From positions 422,778,001-422,842,000 of the forward strand of contig OZ024740.1 in assembly GCA_964016885.1 (NCBI GenBank): a stretch of DNA of 64,000 bases. Direction: 5' to 3'. Source of the stretch: Eledone cirrhosa (lineage: Eukaryota). The translations under genes were made by a program, and so were the position numbers. Shown piece by piece: positions 25,350 through 38,986 of the stretch. The notes under the pieces are model-generated. The model was not told the origin of the DNA. It did no database searches and saw only the letters and a program-made list of their open reading frames with translations. How positions within the stretch are numbered: the first letter of the stretch is position 1; every line of letters begins with the position of its first letter.

Positions 25350-25525
25350 CGGTGGATTGGCAGTATCGGTAGAGGGTCGGACGCCATGCTTTGTGGCATA
25401 GTTACGGCCCTTTATGTTCAGAGTTCAAATCCCATCAAGGTTAGCTTTGCCCGTCATCCATATGGGGTTGATAAAATAAAGTACCAGTAACATACTGGGG
25501 TTGATTTAATCGACTTTCCTCACTC
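25350..25525 (+). mobile_element. SINE family B
   Basis: GGTGGATTGGCAGTATCGGTAGAG head and GAGTTCAAATCCC B box. Confidence 0.75.
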
Positions 25526-25656
25526 CTCAAATAATTTAAAAGAAATAGAGAGAAAATGATGTCCGAAAGAGTATCGTCCACTTCCCACTAACTTCCCCTC
25601 CACCTCTGGCTCCCAGATTCTCTCTAACATTATAACTACATCACTACATTAATAGC

Positions 25657-27075
25657 TATATACTATACACTACTACAGGTGTTCTACTCTATATACTATA
25701 CACTACTACAGGTGTTCTACTCTATATACTATACACTACTACAGGTGTTCTACTCTATATACTATACACTACTACAGGTGTTCTACTCTATATACTATAC
25801 ACTACTACAGGTGTCTACTTTATATACTATACACTACTACAGGTATTCTACTCTATATACTATACACTACTACAGGTGTTCTACTCTATATACTATACAC
25901 TACTACAGGTGTTCTACTCTATATACTATACACTACTACAGGTGTCTACATTATATACTATACACTACTACAGGTGTTCTACTTTATATACTATACACTA
26001 CTACAGGTGTTCTACTCTATATACTATACACTACTACAGGTGTTCTACTTTATATACTATACACTACTACAGGTGTTCTACTCTATATACTATACACTAC
26101 TACAGGTGTCTACTTTATATACTATACACTACTACAGGTGTCTACTTTATATACTATACACTACTACAGGTGTTCTACTTTATATACTATACACTACTAC
26201 AGGTGTTCTACTCTATATACTATACACTACTACAGGTGTTCTACTCTATATACTATACACTACTACAGGTGTTCTACTCTATATACTATACACTACTACA
26301 GGTGTTCTACTCTATATACCCTACACTACCACAGGTGTTCTACTCTATATACTATACACTACTACAGGTGTTCTATTCTATATACTATACACTACTACAG
26401 GTGTTCTACTCTATCTACCCTACACTACTACAGGTGTTCTACTCTATATACCCTACACTACTACAGGTGTTCTACTCTATATACTATACACTACTACAGG
26501 TGTTCTACTCTATATACCCTACACTACCACAGGTGTTCTACTCTATATACTATACACTACTACAGGTGTTCTATTCTATATACTATACACTACTACAGGT
26601 GTTCTACTCTATCTACCCTACACTACTACAGGTGTTCTACTCTATATACCCTACACTACTACAGGTGTTCTACTCTATATACCCTACACTACTACAGGTG
26701 TTCTACTCTATATACCCTACACTACTACAGGTGTTCTACTCTATATACCCTACACTACTACAGGTGTTCTACTCTATATACTATACACTACTACAGGTGT
26801 TCTACTCTATATACTATACACTACTACAGGTGTTCTACTCTATATACTATACACTACTACAGGTGTTCTACTCTATATACCCTACACTACTACAGGTGTT
26901 CTACTCTATATACCCTACACTACTACAGGTGTTCTACTCTATATACCCTACACTACTACAGGTGTTCTACTCTATATACCCTACACTACTACAGGTGTTC
27001 TACTCTATATACTATACACTACTACAGGTGTTCTACTCTATATACCCTACACTACTACAGGTGTTCTACTCTATA
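25657..27075. repeat. Minisatellite, 33-bp unit, ~43 copies
   Basis: (TATACTATACACTACTACAGGTGTTCTACTCTA)n. Confidence 0.97.
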
Positions 27076-27437
27076 TTCTATGTGACATTTCCTATTCGGT
27101 AGAGGAAAGTTATAAAATCTGACCAACCTTGACTTAAAAATATAATTTTAAGAGGTTAAAAGAGAGATAAAGACGAAATATTGTGAATTACTGGACTGTA
27201 CAGCAGTTGTTATATGACTTCCTGATTTTGACCTTGATGTGTGTGTATGTACGCACACACACATATATGTATATATACATGCATATGCATACATACGCAC
27301 ACACACATATATGTATATATACATGCATTTGCATACATACACACACACACACACATATAAGTATGAGTCATTGACATTATAATGGTGTAATGATCTATAA
27401 TAGTTTATAGTTTGTGTTGGTATTTTACATCATCTTA

Positions 27438-27472
<35 letters not shown>

Positions 27473-27473
<1 letters not shown>

Positions 27474-27969
27474 TAGCCGAATTACCCGCGCCTTGCTGCG
27501 TTTCACACATTTTTTTTGTAAGAAAATGATGGTTGATTTTAAATCAGTGATATAATTTATGGAGAAAAACTCTGCATTTCAATATTGCTCAATGTAAAAT
27601 GTAATGCAGGAAAAATTGGAAAACATTATTTTTTGTAATATATCAAATCAAAATTACATTATTAAATCTTATTCTTATTTTGTTTCTTGTAAATAGTTTT
27701 TTTCAAAATATCAATTGAAAGCTTTTGTGAATAGGCATCATATCTTGTCATTTACCTATGGTTTAAATTTCATATAAATCAAAGGGAAAACATTTTCAGC
27801 AGGGGTTTATGCTCCCGGGGAACTTTTGATTAAAATGAAATATACTTATAGAAGTACCCTGGGCAATGTAGTTTCAGAATATATATGGTTATGGGGGTCT
27901 ATCTCCAAAACCATAGGAGGAGTTCGTGGACAAACAAACAGACAGGAACTACAACTTTATATATATAGA
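27473..27969 (-). mobile_element. Non-autonomous Helitron-like element
   Basis: Minus strand starts TCTATATATATAAAG and ends in a GC-rich hairpin-like stretch (CGCAGCAAGGCGCGGG) followed by CTAG|T. Confidence 0.6.
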
Positions 27970-28269
27970 AATATCTGTATATATCTATATATATCCTGTC
28001 AGTGGCTTTATAACAGTTCTACATCATCTTACTGTATATATCTATAAAATATATGTATATATCTATATATATCTATATACCTGTATATATCCTGGCAGTT
28101 GCTTTATAACAATTCTACAGTGGTAAACCAATAATAATAATTGTTTCTATTTTAAAGTAGGTCCATTCACTTGGACTATCCTTGCTACATTCATTTCGGC
28201 CATCCTTGCTACATTCACTTGGTCTATCCTTGCTACATTCACTTGAGCTATTTTAACAAATATACTGGA

Positions 28270-29620
28270 GGTGGGGGATTGCCCTCTCCACTCTCACCTT
28301 CCTTTCCAAGAAGATTTTGAAAAAGTTGATGGAGGCTTAGTCGTAGAGGAATGTGTCTGTCTTCAATCCTTTCAGCCTTGTCCTCCACACAACCTCTTTT
28401 GCCACTAGACAGAAGAAAACTGTCTGCTCTTCTTGGCCAAAAGAATGGGGTGGGTTGATCTTCACTATGAAGTCAGCTGATAATCTGATCACATGACAAC
28501 AGCTGTTCAACAAAACTATTCCACAAATCAACATTACACAGACACTAGACGTGTGTGGGCAGAATAGTTTCATTTCTCTGTGTGTATCTCAAATATGGCC
28601 ATCTGACAAAGTTTCTGTGCCTGTAGAGTTTCTCTTGAAATGGCAGTTCCCAATGGTAGTACTGTCAGGCCATAGATTTTTGGAAATTATCCATAATCCT
28701 TGTGCCAAAAGTCCTCTGGAATGGACCAATCGATTCATCCAGGTTGACGACTGGAATTTTTCCAAGAACATCATCGCTCTTGACTACCGCTGGTCCTCTA
28801 TAGAACGTGGTGGTGTGTGGCCTAGTAGTAAGGGTGTTGGGCTTACAATTATAATGCCGCGGGTTGGATTCCTGGACTGGGTTGTGTGTTGTGTTCTTGA
28901 ACAAAACACTTCATTTCAGGTTGCTCCAGTATACTCAGCTGAAAATGAGTACCAGCAATGGACTAGTGTCCTGTTCGGGGGAGTGGGGGGGGGGGGGGTT
29001 CTTGTACTCTGTCACTTCACACCATGAAACTGGGATAAGCACCGGCCTGACGGGCATCTTGGCTTGAAACAAACTTTAGAGACTAGAATCTATAGATTGC
29101 TAATATGGAATTTTTACCAACTATATCCAACTGGTAGAAGGCTGTGAACATTTCATGATAATGTTCCAGATGCCAGGTGTCCTGTCACAGTCATCGCTTG
29201 ACCAACGACTGCAGCTCAGTCAAAGGAACAAGCTGTAATCATCTCTTGACCAATTACTGCAGCTCTGTCAAAAGAACAATCTGTAATCATCTCTTGACCA
29301 ATGACTGCAGCTCTGTCAGAGACAAGCTGTAAAAAGAGGTACCTGATAAAAGGTGACCACACCTATTCAACATCTAGGAACTTTTGAGCATCAATAATCC
29401 CATCTTGCTGAGCCCTCCACACAAAGGCTGTTGGCAACAGATCGATGACCTTGACCAGTTGAACATGTCCTTTCCACAAGAGATGAAAGTGGAGACACTC
29501 CAATTTGATGAGACAAGGACTCAGGTAATATATGATAGAGGTGATGTATGCCTCCACCACTTCTTCCTGCTATTTCAGGGATAGATTCATCTCAGCTCTA
29601 GGTGAGATTAACTACCTTGT
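28270..29620 (-). pseudogene. Possible decayed LINE 3' coding remnant (L1/Tx1-like), interrupted by a SINE at ~28805-29070
   Basis: Higher-complexity stretch. The peptide FFCLVAKEVVWRTRLKGL resembles L1/Tx1 ORF2 C-termini. No catalytic motif seen. Confidence 0.3.
28805..29070 (+). mobile_element. Diverged tRNA-headed SINE
   Basis: GTGGCCTAGTAGTAAGG A box, GGTTGGATTCC B box and TTCTTGAACAAAACACTT core. Confidence 0.6.
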
Positions 29621-29664
29621 TTCTTACATTGTATCAGTTCCTGTACATTTTGGGGTTCTTCTGT

Positions 29665-29900
29665 CTACTACTACTACTACTACACCACAACCACCACTAC
29701 TACCACACCTACCACTACTACTACACCACCACCACCACTACTACTACTACTGCCACTACTACTACTACTGCCACTACTACTACTACCGCCAATACTACTA
29801 CTACTGCTGCTGCTATCACTATCACTACTATTACTACCACCACTACTAGTGTTACTCCTGACACTACCACCACTGTTACTACTGGCACCACTACTACCAA
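29665..29900. repeat. (CTA/CCA)n trinucleotide low-complexity tract
   Basis: Seen directly. Confidence 0.9.
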
Positions 29901-29997
29901 ACACACACACCATGCTAGCACCAGATATTACAGGTTGTTGACATATTTGTGGCTGAAAACCATTCAACTGTGAAGAAGTGAAAATTGTAGTCCAGTC

Positions 29998-32640
29998 ATG
30001 TAGTTTGGTGTGTGAAACAGTTACTAAGTGACTAACTTAGTATATACTATATAGTATATGTAGTCCATTGGTTGTAGTGTAGTTTGGTGTGTGAAACAGT
30101 TACTAAGTGACTAACTTAGTATATACTATATAGTATATGTAGTCCATTGGTTGTAGTGTAGTTTGGTGTGTGAAACAGTTACTAAGTGACTAATTTAGTA
30201 TATACTATATAGTATATGTAGTCCATTGGTTGTAGTGTAGTTTGGTGTGAAACAGTTACTAAGTGACTAACTTAGTATATACTATATAGTATATGTAGTC
30301 CATTGGTTGTAGTGTAGTTTGGTGTGAGAAACAGTTACTAAGTGACTAACTTAGTATATACTATATAGTATATGTAGTCCATTGGTTGTAGTGTAGTTTG
30401 GTGTGTGAAACAGTTACTAAGTGACTAACTTAGTATATACTATATAGTATATGTAGTCCATTGGTTGTAGTGTAGTTTGGTGTGTGAAACAGTTACTAAG
30501 TGACTAACTTAGTATATACTATATAGTATATGTAGTCCATTGGTTGTAGTGTAGTTTGGTGTATAAAGCAGTTACTAAGTGACTAACTTAGTATATACTA
30601 TATAGTATATGTAGTCCATTGGTTGTAGTGTAGTTTGGTGTGAAACAGTTACTAAGTGACTAACTTAGTATATACTATATAGTATATGTAGTCCATTGGT
30701 TGTAGTGTAGTTTGGTTTGAGAAACAGTTACTAAGTGACTAACTTAGTATATACTATATAGTATATGTAGTCCATTGGTTGTAGTGTAGTTTGGTGTGTG
30801 AAACAGTTACTAAGTGACTAACTTAGTATATACTATATAGTATATGTAGTCCATTGGTTGTAGTGTAGTTTGGTGTGTAAAGCAATTACTAAGTGACTAA
30901 CTTAGTATATACTATATAGTATATGTAGTCCATTGGTTGTAGTGTAGTTTGGTGTGAAACAGTTACTAAGTGACTAACTTAGTATATACTATATAGTATA
31001 TGTAGTCCATTGGTTGTAGTGTAGTTTGGTGTGTAAAGCAGTTACTAAGTGACTATCTTAGTATATACTATATAGTATATGTAGTCCATTGGTTGTAGTG
31101 TAGTTTGGTGTGTGAAACAGTTACTAAGTGACTAACTTAGTATATACTATATAGTATATGTAGTCCATTGGTTGTAGTGTAGTTTGGTGTGTAAAGCAGT
31201 TACTAAGTGACTAACTTAGTATATACTATATAGTATATGTAGTCCATTGGTTGTAGTGTAGTTTGGTGTGAAACAGTTACTAAGTGACTAACTTAGTATA
31301 TACTATATAGTATATGTAGTCCATTGGTTGTAGTGTAGTTTGGTGTGAGAAACAGTTACTAAGTGACTAACTTAGTATATACTATATAGTATATGTAGTC
31401 CATTGGTTGTAGTGTAGTTTGGTGTGTGAAACAGTTACTAAGTGACTAACTTAGTATATACTATATAGTATATGTAGTCCATTGGTTGTAGTGTAGTTTG
31501 GTGTGTAAAGCAGTTACTAAGTGACTAACTTAGTATATACTATATAGTATATGTAGTCCATTGGTTGTAGTGTAGTTTGGTGTGAAACAGTTACTAAGTG
31601 ACTAACTTAGTATATACTATATAGTATATGTAGTCCATTGGTTGTAGTGTAGTTTGGTGTGAGAAACAGTTACTAAGTGACTAACTTAGTATATACTATA
31701 TAGTATATGTAGTCCATTGGTTGTAGTGTAGTTTGGTGTGTGAAACAGTTACTAAGTGACTAACTTAGTATATACTATATAGTATATGTAGTCCATTGGT
31801 TGTAGTGTAGTTTGGTGTGTAAAGCAGTTACTAAGTGACTAACTTAGTATATACTATATAGTATATGTAGTCCATTGGTTGTAGTGTAGTTTGGTGTGTA
31901 AAGCAGTTACTAAGTGACTAACTTAGTATATACTATATAGTATATGTAGTCCATTGGTTGTAGTGTAGTTTGGTGTGTGAAACAGTTACTAAGTGACTAA
32001 CTTAGTATATACTATATAGTATATGTAGTCCATTGGTTGTAGTGTAGTTTGGTGTGTAAAGCAGTTACTAAGTGACTAACTTAGTATATACTATATAGTA
32101 TATGTAGTCCATTGGTTGTAGTGTAGTTTGGTGTGTAAAGCAGTTACTAAGTGACTAAATTAGTATATACTATATAGTATATGTAGTCCATTGGTTGTAG
32201 TGTAGTTTGGTGTGTAAAGCAGTTACTAAGTGACTAACTTAGTATATACTATATAGTATATGTAGTCCATTGGTTGTAGTGTAGTTTGGTGTGTGAAACA
32301 ATTACTAAGTGACTAACTTAGTATATACTATATAGTATATGTAGTCCATTGGTTGTAGTGTAGTTTGGTGTGTAAAGCAGTTACTAAGTGACTAACTTAG
32401 TATATACTATATAGTATATGTAGTCCATTGGTTGTAGTGTAGTTTGGTGTGTAAAGCAGTTACTAAGTGACTAACTTAGTATATACTATATAGTATATGT
32501 AGTCCATTGGTTGTAGTGTAGTTTGGTGTGTGAAACAGTTACTAAGTGACTAACTTAGTATATACTATATAGTATATGTAGTCCATTGGTTGTAGTGTAG
32601 TTTGGTGTGTAAAGCAGTTACTAAGTGACTAAATTAGCTA
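29998..32640. repeat. Minisatellite, 79-bp unit (77-bp variants), ~33 copies
   Basis: Unit TAGTTTGGTGTGTGAAACAGTTACTAAGTGACTAACTTAGTATATACTATATAGTATATGTAGTCCATTGGTTGTAGTG. A degenerate unit resumes at ~32833-32915 after a SINE. Confidence 0.97.
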
Positions 32641-32654
32641 TATAGTGGTTTCTC

Positions 32655-32830
32655 AGCAATTTTGTGGTAGGGGAAAGTCAAGGAAATCGACCCCAGTGCG
32701 TGACTGGTACTTTATTTTATTGACCTTGTAAGGATGAAAGGTTAAGTTAACCTCGGTGAGATTTGAACTCACTAGGTAAAGGGACGTAACTCTATGCCGC
32801 AAAGCATGGTGTCCGACGCCAATCCACCTT
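32655..32830 (-). mobile_element. SINE family B at the edge of the 79-bp array
   Basis: Reverse complement of family B. Confidence 0.75.
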
Positions 32831-33021
32831 CCTAGTATATAGTCCATTGGCTATAGTGTAAATTTAGTCATGTGGTTTGGTGTGTAAAGCAGTTACTAAG
32901 TGACTTATATACTATACAGACCATTTGCTGATTTGTAAATTGTTCATAAGTCCATGAGTTTCATTTCACAGCCATTCCATCTCTTAACAGTAATATTAAC
33001 AATAATTATTAAAGGACATTT

Positions 33022-33212
33022 GTGGTCGATTGGCAGTATCGGTAGAGGGTCAGACGCCATGCTTTGCAGCATAGAGGTACGGCGCTTTGTGATCTGAGTT
33101 CAAATCCTGCCGAGGTTAACTTTGCCTTTCATCCTTACGGGGTCGATAAAATAAAGTACCAGTAATGTACTAGGGTAATTACTGGCCTTGTTCCAAAAGT
33201 AGAAACAATTAT
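33022..33212 (+). mobile_element. SINE family B
   Basis: Near-identical to 35314-35505, flanked by the direct repeat TTATTAAAGGACATTTG (TSD-like). Confidence 0.8.
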
Positions 33213-33604
33213 TAAAGGACATTTGATTGGCTTACAGTATTTCTACCATCTCTTTATTTTCATTTCAAATCTTACCATGGTTAACTTTGTCTCTCATCCT
33301 TCTGGGGTAAATAAAATAAACTAAGAATGGTGTACCTAGGGTGTGGCACCCATAGCACATACCATAGGACTTGGACTAGGAATACTTTCTATTAAAATCA
33401 AATAAGTTATCATTGGAGAGTGAAAAAAAGGAACTTCTTCAGGTGTATGATCTGTCTTTGATTATCATGGGTGAGAAACAGTAATACACTGGGGTCAGTT
33501 TAATCGACTTTCACCTACCCCCAAATTGCTGGCCTTGTACCTAAATCAGAAACCATTATTATAAATAAACAATTGAGGCAGTGATGGACAAAATACATAA
33601 GTGG

Positions 33605-33985
33605 TCATCATCATCATCATTTTACGTCCGCTTTTCCCTGCTTGCAAGGGTAGGACGGGTCCTATTTAGCACAGCATCTCTCCACTTGTCACGGTCCTTC
33701 GTCATCTCCTCCGTGACCCTCAGCGATCTGAAGTCTGCTCTCACCACCTCCGCCCGTGTTTTTCATGGTCTTCCTTCTACTGGCATTTCTTGGCACTTCT
33801 TTACCCAGCGGTCATCCTCTATGCGCATCACAGTCCATACCATCTCAGTCTTCTCTCCTGCACACTACAACTTATCCCTCTTATACCCAGTTTCTCAACA
33901 TATCCATGCTCGGTTGCTCACGCACATTGACATCGCATATCCTCCACAGTTGCTGCCCATGTCTCACTACCATGCAGTGGTATTA
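33605..33985 (-). mobile_element. Old RTE 3' fragment
   Basis: (ATC)n tail and RTE terminal sequence, with decayed C-terminal coding similarity on the minus strand. Confidence 0.65.
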
Positions 33986-34364
33986 GTTTATATTCTGAGT
34001 TCAAATACTATCGTTGCCAACTTTGCCTTTCACCCTTCCACAGTTAAGACATTGTGGTATTTGGCTACATCCCTTTACATTCTGTGTTGTAATCCTGTTA
34101 ACATCCACCACATCATTAGACCATATAGTGTAATTTCTTCCTCATTTACACCTGTCAAAATACAATAAGTAGGTCATGAGAGTCACCTTCATTTAGTTAG
34201 AATACATAATTTTCACCTTTATTATATTTGAAATTTGGCAGTTTTAATTACTTCATTCTTGTTGTCTCAACTTTTGATTATTTTCAATCACTATAGAAAT
34301 TATTTTCATTAGTTTAATGAAAACATATTGATACAGATTTCAGAGAGTATTGAAACAGATTTAA

Positions 34365-34564
34365 CCCTTTAGCATTTAAACCAGCTATATCCAGCTAGAA
34401 TTCTCTCACCTCTTTCTGTCCAAAGCGGCTGTAACCGGCCAATCATACTGATGTTAAGGTACTGTTCTCAAAATAAATCATATCAAAATCTCATAGATTC
34501 AACAATATGTGAGTTAAAGTCTTTACTGTAAAAATATAATAGTAAATATAGAGATGGTAAAGGG
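34365..34564. mobile_element. piggyBac-type MITE
   Basis: TTAA|CCCTTTA ... TAAAGGG|TTAA. A related copy lies at ~56470-57343. Confidence 0.75.
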
Positions 34565-34768
34565 TTAAGAGATTCTTGAAAGAGATTCTAGAGATTTTGT
34601 ACCTCTTAGAAAAGATAATTTTCTTTTTTCTTCTTTTCTCTTTTTTTTTTTCCATGTTTAAAAAGTGATAATTTTAATCACTTATGTTCTCTGAAAATAT
34701 TAAATTTTAAAAATACACCACCTGCACTTATAAAAGTTCATATTTGACTATATTAATAACTAAAGGAC

Positions 34769-35124
34769 TGTCTTTTTTTAATGTATCATGGATTACATTA
34801 CTGATTACATAAGACAGTGTAACGCAGTCTTTGTACAATTTCTGTGTATATTGTCAATTATGATTTTATTTGATCATATCCACATGCATATATACTTGCG
34901 TATAATATCAATATACACACTACACATTCTAGCAGAAAACCACCCTCGGGTGGTTTTCTGCTAGAATGTGTAGTGTGTATATTGATATTATACGCAAGTA
35001 TATATGCATGTGGATATGATCAAATAAAATCATAATTGACAATATACACAGAAATTGTACAAAGACTGCGTTACACTGTCTTATGTAATCAGTAATGTAA
35101 TCCATGATACATTAAAAAAAGACA
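34769..35124. repeat. Perfect palindrome, 177-bp arms, 2-nt loop
   Basis: Centre GCAGAAAACCACCC-TC-GGGTGGTTTTCTGC. Arms are complementary out to TGTCTTTTTTTAA / TTAAAAAAAGACA. Confidence 0.95.
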
Positions 35125-35313
35125 ATATTATATATAAAGTGCATTAGGAGAAAATTAGTGACAGAAATATATGTTTATTTAAACGATCGCTAACCGGAAG
35201 TGTTGACATTTGAAAATTAAAGAAGTGAATCTTTAAATAAACAAAATATATTTAATGAACAGCCATGAAATTTAGTAGATACATTATGTAATATTCATTC
35301 ATTATTTATTCAA

Positions 35314-35690
35314 AGGTGGTGGATTGGCAGTATCGGTAGAGGGTCGGACGCCATGCTTTCCAGCATAGTTACGTCCCTTTACGATCTGAGTTCAAATCCC
35401 GCCGAGGTAAACTTTGCCTTTCATCCTTACGGGGTCGATAAAATAAAGTACCAGTAATACACTGGGTAATTGCTGGCCTTGTGCCTAAAGTAGAAACAAT
35501 TATTTATTCAAAGTAGAGAGTCGGACACCATGCTTTGAAGCATAGAGTTACGTCCCTTTATGATCTGAGTTCAAATCCCGCCAAGGTTAACTTTGCCTTT
35601 CATCCTTACGGGGTTGAAAAAATAAAGTACCAGCAATGCACTGAGTAATTGCTGGCCTTGTGCCTAAAGTAGAAACAATTATTTATTCAA
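35314..35690 (+). mobile_element. Tandem pair of family-B SINEs (tRNA head, Meta-domain-like core)
   Basis: Core TTTGCCTTTCATCCTTACGGGGTCGATAAAATAAAGTACC resembles the MetaSINE/Sauria central domain (recalled, not searched). The second copy is 5'-truncated. Confidence 0.75.
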
Positions 35691-36742
35691 AGTAATCCAA
35701 CTTATTTTACTAATGGGATAAAAAATTATAAACCGTACGCAGTCCCGCGCTTCTTATTTTATTATAGTTTAGATATCTGTCCTTTAGTTATTTATAACTA
35801 AAGGACTGTTGTCTTGATATATATAACAAATATTTGTTATAGATATATAACATATATTTGTTATATATCTGTCCTTTAGTTATTAATAACTAAAGGACTG
35901 ACTTGACAAATATATAACAAATATTCAAAACAAAATAAAACTAATTTAAAATTCAAAACATTTGGTGAGATGTTAAAATATTACAGCTTGTTGTTGTCAT
36001 TGTTTTTCTTCTTCTTCTTCTTTTTCTTTTTCTTTTTTTTCTTGTTCTTCTTTATTCTACCCCCCCCCCCCCCTTCCTCCTGTGAATAAATCGCCATCTA
36101 ATTAATGTGTTAATTAACTTTAGCTGCCTTGGCTTATAAACGGGGTTTGGATTTTTTTTTAATCATTTCTCAGACTTAAAAGTGTGGTGGTGATCTTATA
36201 TTCGGATTCTCAGACTTAAAAGGGTGGTGGGGGTCTTGTATTCGAATCCTCAGACATAAAGTGGTGATGGTGGTGTCTTATATTTGAGTATACACAGTAG
36301 TTATGTTCTTATTTAGTCTCTGGTAAACCCTGATAGAGCAGATCAGGTCTATGATCAGAGAAGTTCCAGCTGTGATCAACTCATCTCTTTTTAAGATGAT
36401 ACGGTGTGATTAGAGAATGATTTGGCTGCTATGTCAGGCTCTCTCATTTGCTGATCCACTTTATGTTTACAGAAGGGGTGGGTGCTAGAGTGTGTGCCAC
36501 CCGAGATAGCCCTCAAGTCCTCCCTTCTCACAGACACCAAAAAGTGCCACCTGGTGCTGTCTGCTCCCCTACCCCCCTCTACACCACTGGGGGGTTGAAT
36601 CTTGAGACATTCCTTGTTTATCCCTCTCTCATTAAATCTATGTCATCTGACTACTTTACAGTGACTTTCAGGGTACAGAACTATGAAATTGGCATCACAA
36701 CCATCAGTAGAATTACATGATACTAGTGCTAGACCAGTGCTT

Positions 36743-36772
<30 letters not shown>

Positions 36773-36776
<4 letters not shown>

Positions 36777-38986
36777 TTAAGGATACTATTTATGGTTATG
36801 TATACACTAAAACCTTTTATAGTTATATATATTTTAAACCCTAAATAGTGAAAGACAGTAATTTATTACTATCTTATTACCAGTAAAATAAATAGCTCAA
36901 TGTAACAACATCAGTTGTTTTACAGAGCAGTTATATAGAAATTACATGAATCAAAGTTCTGTTTAAATCATTTCTTCCAAACCGAGGTTTGGAGTCTTCG
37001 GAGCAATTATTCAGTGATTTTTTACATACTTGACCTCCTTTTCAATACAAGAGACATACAGAAACATATGTATATATTGACCCACAGTGGGTTGACATCC
37101 ATTATAATAATATAGCATGGCAATTGACATACAAAGATTACAGTCATATTAAAGGACAAAATTAAAGTTAAAGTTAAAATAAAACATTGGCAGTTTACGA
37201 AGATAAAGCAAGAGGAAAGTTTGGAGTAGTCAGTGTATGCAACAATCACACGTGAGGCATGCACGTGTGTCCTATTTATACATGTAAAACAAGCAGTCAA
37301 AGCAGGCAATCAAGAGCATCATGGGGGCTGTACTGGTAAAGCATTTTTCACACACACCTGTACGATATAGAAGCCCGTGTGTAGAGAAACACCAAAAATA
37401 TCAAAAATATTACAAATGAGAAGCAAAACAGCACCACTGTCCTCGTACACACCACCACTCTCACAATCCAGGAAACGCAATTTATAGACTACATGTCCAT
37501 CACACAATCCACGATGATTCAACATTGGGTGCCTGGTGAACCATGCTAGAACATCACAGCTTATCGTTCTCTAATTCGATTCTATAGAGCAGGTTGTTTT
37601 TGTTGTGAGAGTTGACATTGTATTATATTCCGGAAGTGTGTGTGTGATTAAGGGGAGTTAATGCGTAAGGGGAGGTAACTAGCTGATTTCTATAGCTAAA
37701 TTTATTATCCTAAAGTACATTAATGGTGTCTCAAATGAGTCCCTATCATATAAGGTTATAAACAATTTCTAAATTTAAGTATCTTATCTATAAACTACAG
37801 TGTAGTCTATCAAGAAGTACTAAAGGTGTTTACCTTCTATCATAGAGTGCCACAACCGAAAATTCTACATGAAGAGTCAGATCTCTAAATCAATGATCTT
37901 TGTAAGTGTAGTCCACCCGCAGAACCTGACAGGGTCTTATTAGAATCACTTCTATATATGACTCCTGGTAAGCTCTGGGTCATTGCATGTCTGATTGCAT
38001 GGCAAAGTTAAATATCACTAGGGTAGTCCAGAGATCAATTCTCACTTACAAAGACACTAATCTGACCAAGTCATACATGTATTTATAACTCATACATCAC
38101 CTGTACATAATTCATTGCACTCAGCATATAGATTATATAGCTCTTTTATGTTAATAAATTAATTACTTAATCTTCCATTAATGTACTTTAGGATAATAAA
38201 TTTAGCTATAAAAATCAGCTAGCTACCTCCCCTTACGCATTAACTCCCCTTAATCACACACACACTTCCGGAATATAATACGATGTCAACTCTCACAACA
38301 AAAACAACCTGCTCTATAGAATCGAATTAGAGAACGATAAGCTGTGATGTTCTAGCATGGTTCACCAGGCACCCAATGTTGAATCATCGTGGATTGTGTG
38401 ATGGACATGTAGTCTATAAATTGCGTTTCCTGGATTGTGAGAGTGGTGGTGTGTACAAGGACAGTGGTGCTGTTTTGCTTCTCATTTGTAATATTTTTGA
38501 TATTTTTGGTGTTTCTCTACACACGGGCTTCTATATCGTACAGGTGTGTGTGAAAAATGCTTTACCAGTACAGCCCCCATGATGCTCTTGATTGCCTGGT
38601 TTGACTGCTTGTTTTACATGTATAAATAGGACACACGTGCATGCCTCACGTGTGACTGTTGCATACACTGACTACTCCAAACTTTCCTCTTGCTTTATCT
38701 TCGTAAACTGCCAATGTTTTATTTTAACTTTAACTTTAATTTTGTCCTTTAATATGACTGTAATCTTTGTATGTAAATTGCCATCATGCTATATTATTAT
38801 AATGGATGTCAACCCACTGTGGGTCAATATATACATATGTTTCTATATGTCTCTTGTGTTGAAAAGGAGGTCAAGTATGTAAAAAATCACTGAATAATTG
38901 CTCCGAAGACTCCAAACCTCGGTTTGGAAGAAACAATTGTAAGCAAATAAATGATTTAAACAGAACTTTGATTCATGTAATTTCTA
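36773..38986 (+). mobile_element. Non-coding element with ~800-bp inverted arms (~36925-37725 and ~38175-38986) and a hammerhead motif; Penelope-like non-autonomous candidate
   Basis: Mirror-image ORFs 37022-37525(-) and 38376-38882(+), ~450-bp spacer, (TA)n on both sides. Confidence 0.75.
38898..38946 (+). ncRNA. Minimal type-I hammerhead ribozyme, CCGAAGA core variant
   Basis: TTGCT-CCGAAGA-C-TCCAAACC TC GGTTTGGA-A-GAAA-CAATTG-TA-AGCAA. Stems I and II pair; stem III is palindromic. Confidence 0.7.

Noticed and set aside
25679-27122. Three overlapping 380-470-aa ORFs
   Set aside because: Artefact of a 33-bp stop-free minisatellite.
29532-29973. Thr-, His/Tyr- or Ser-rich ORFs
   Set aside because: Trinucleotide low-complexity tract with no supporting exon context.
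37022-38882. Duplicated 68- and 95-aa ORFs on opposite strands
   Set aside because: A by-product of the inverted repeat; no protein motifs.
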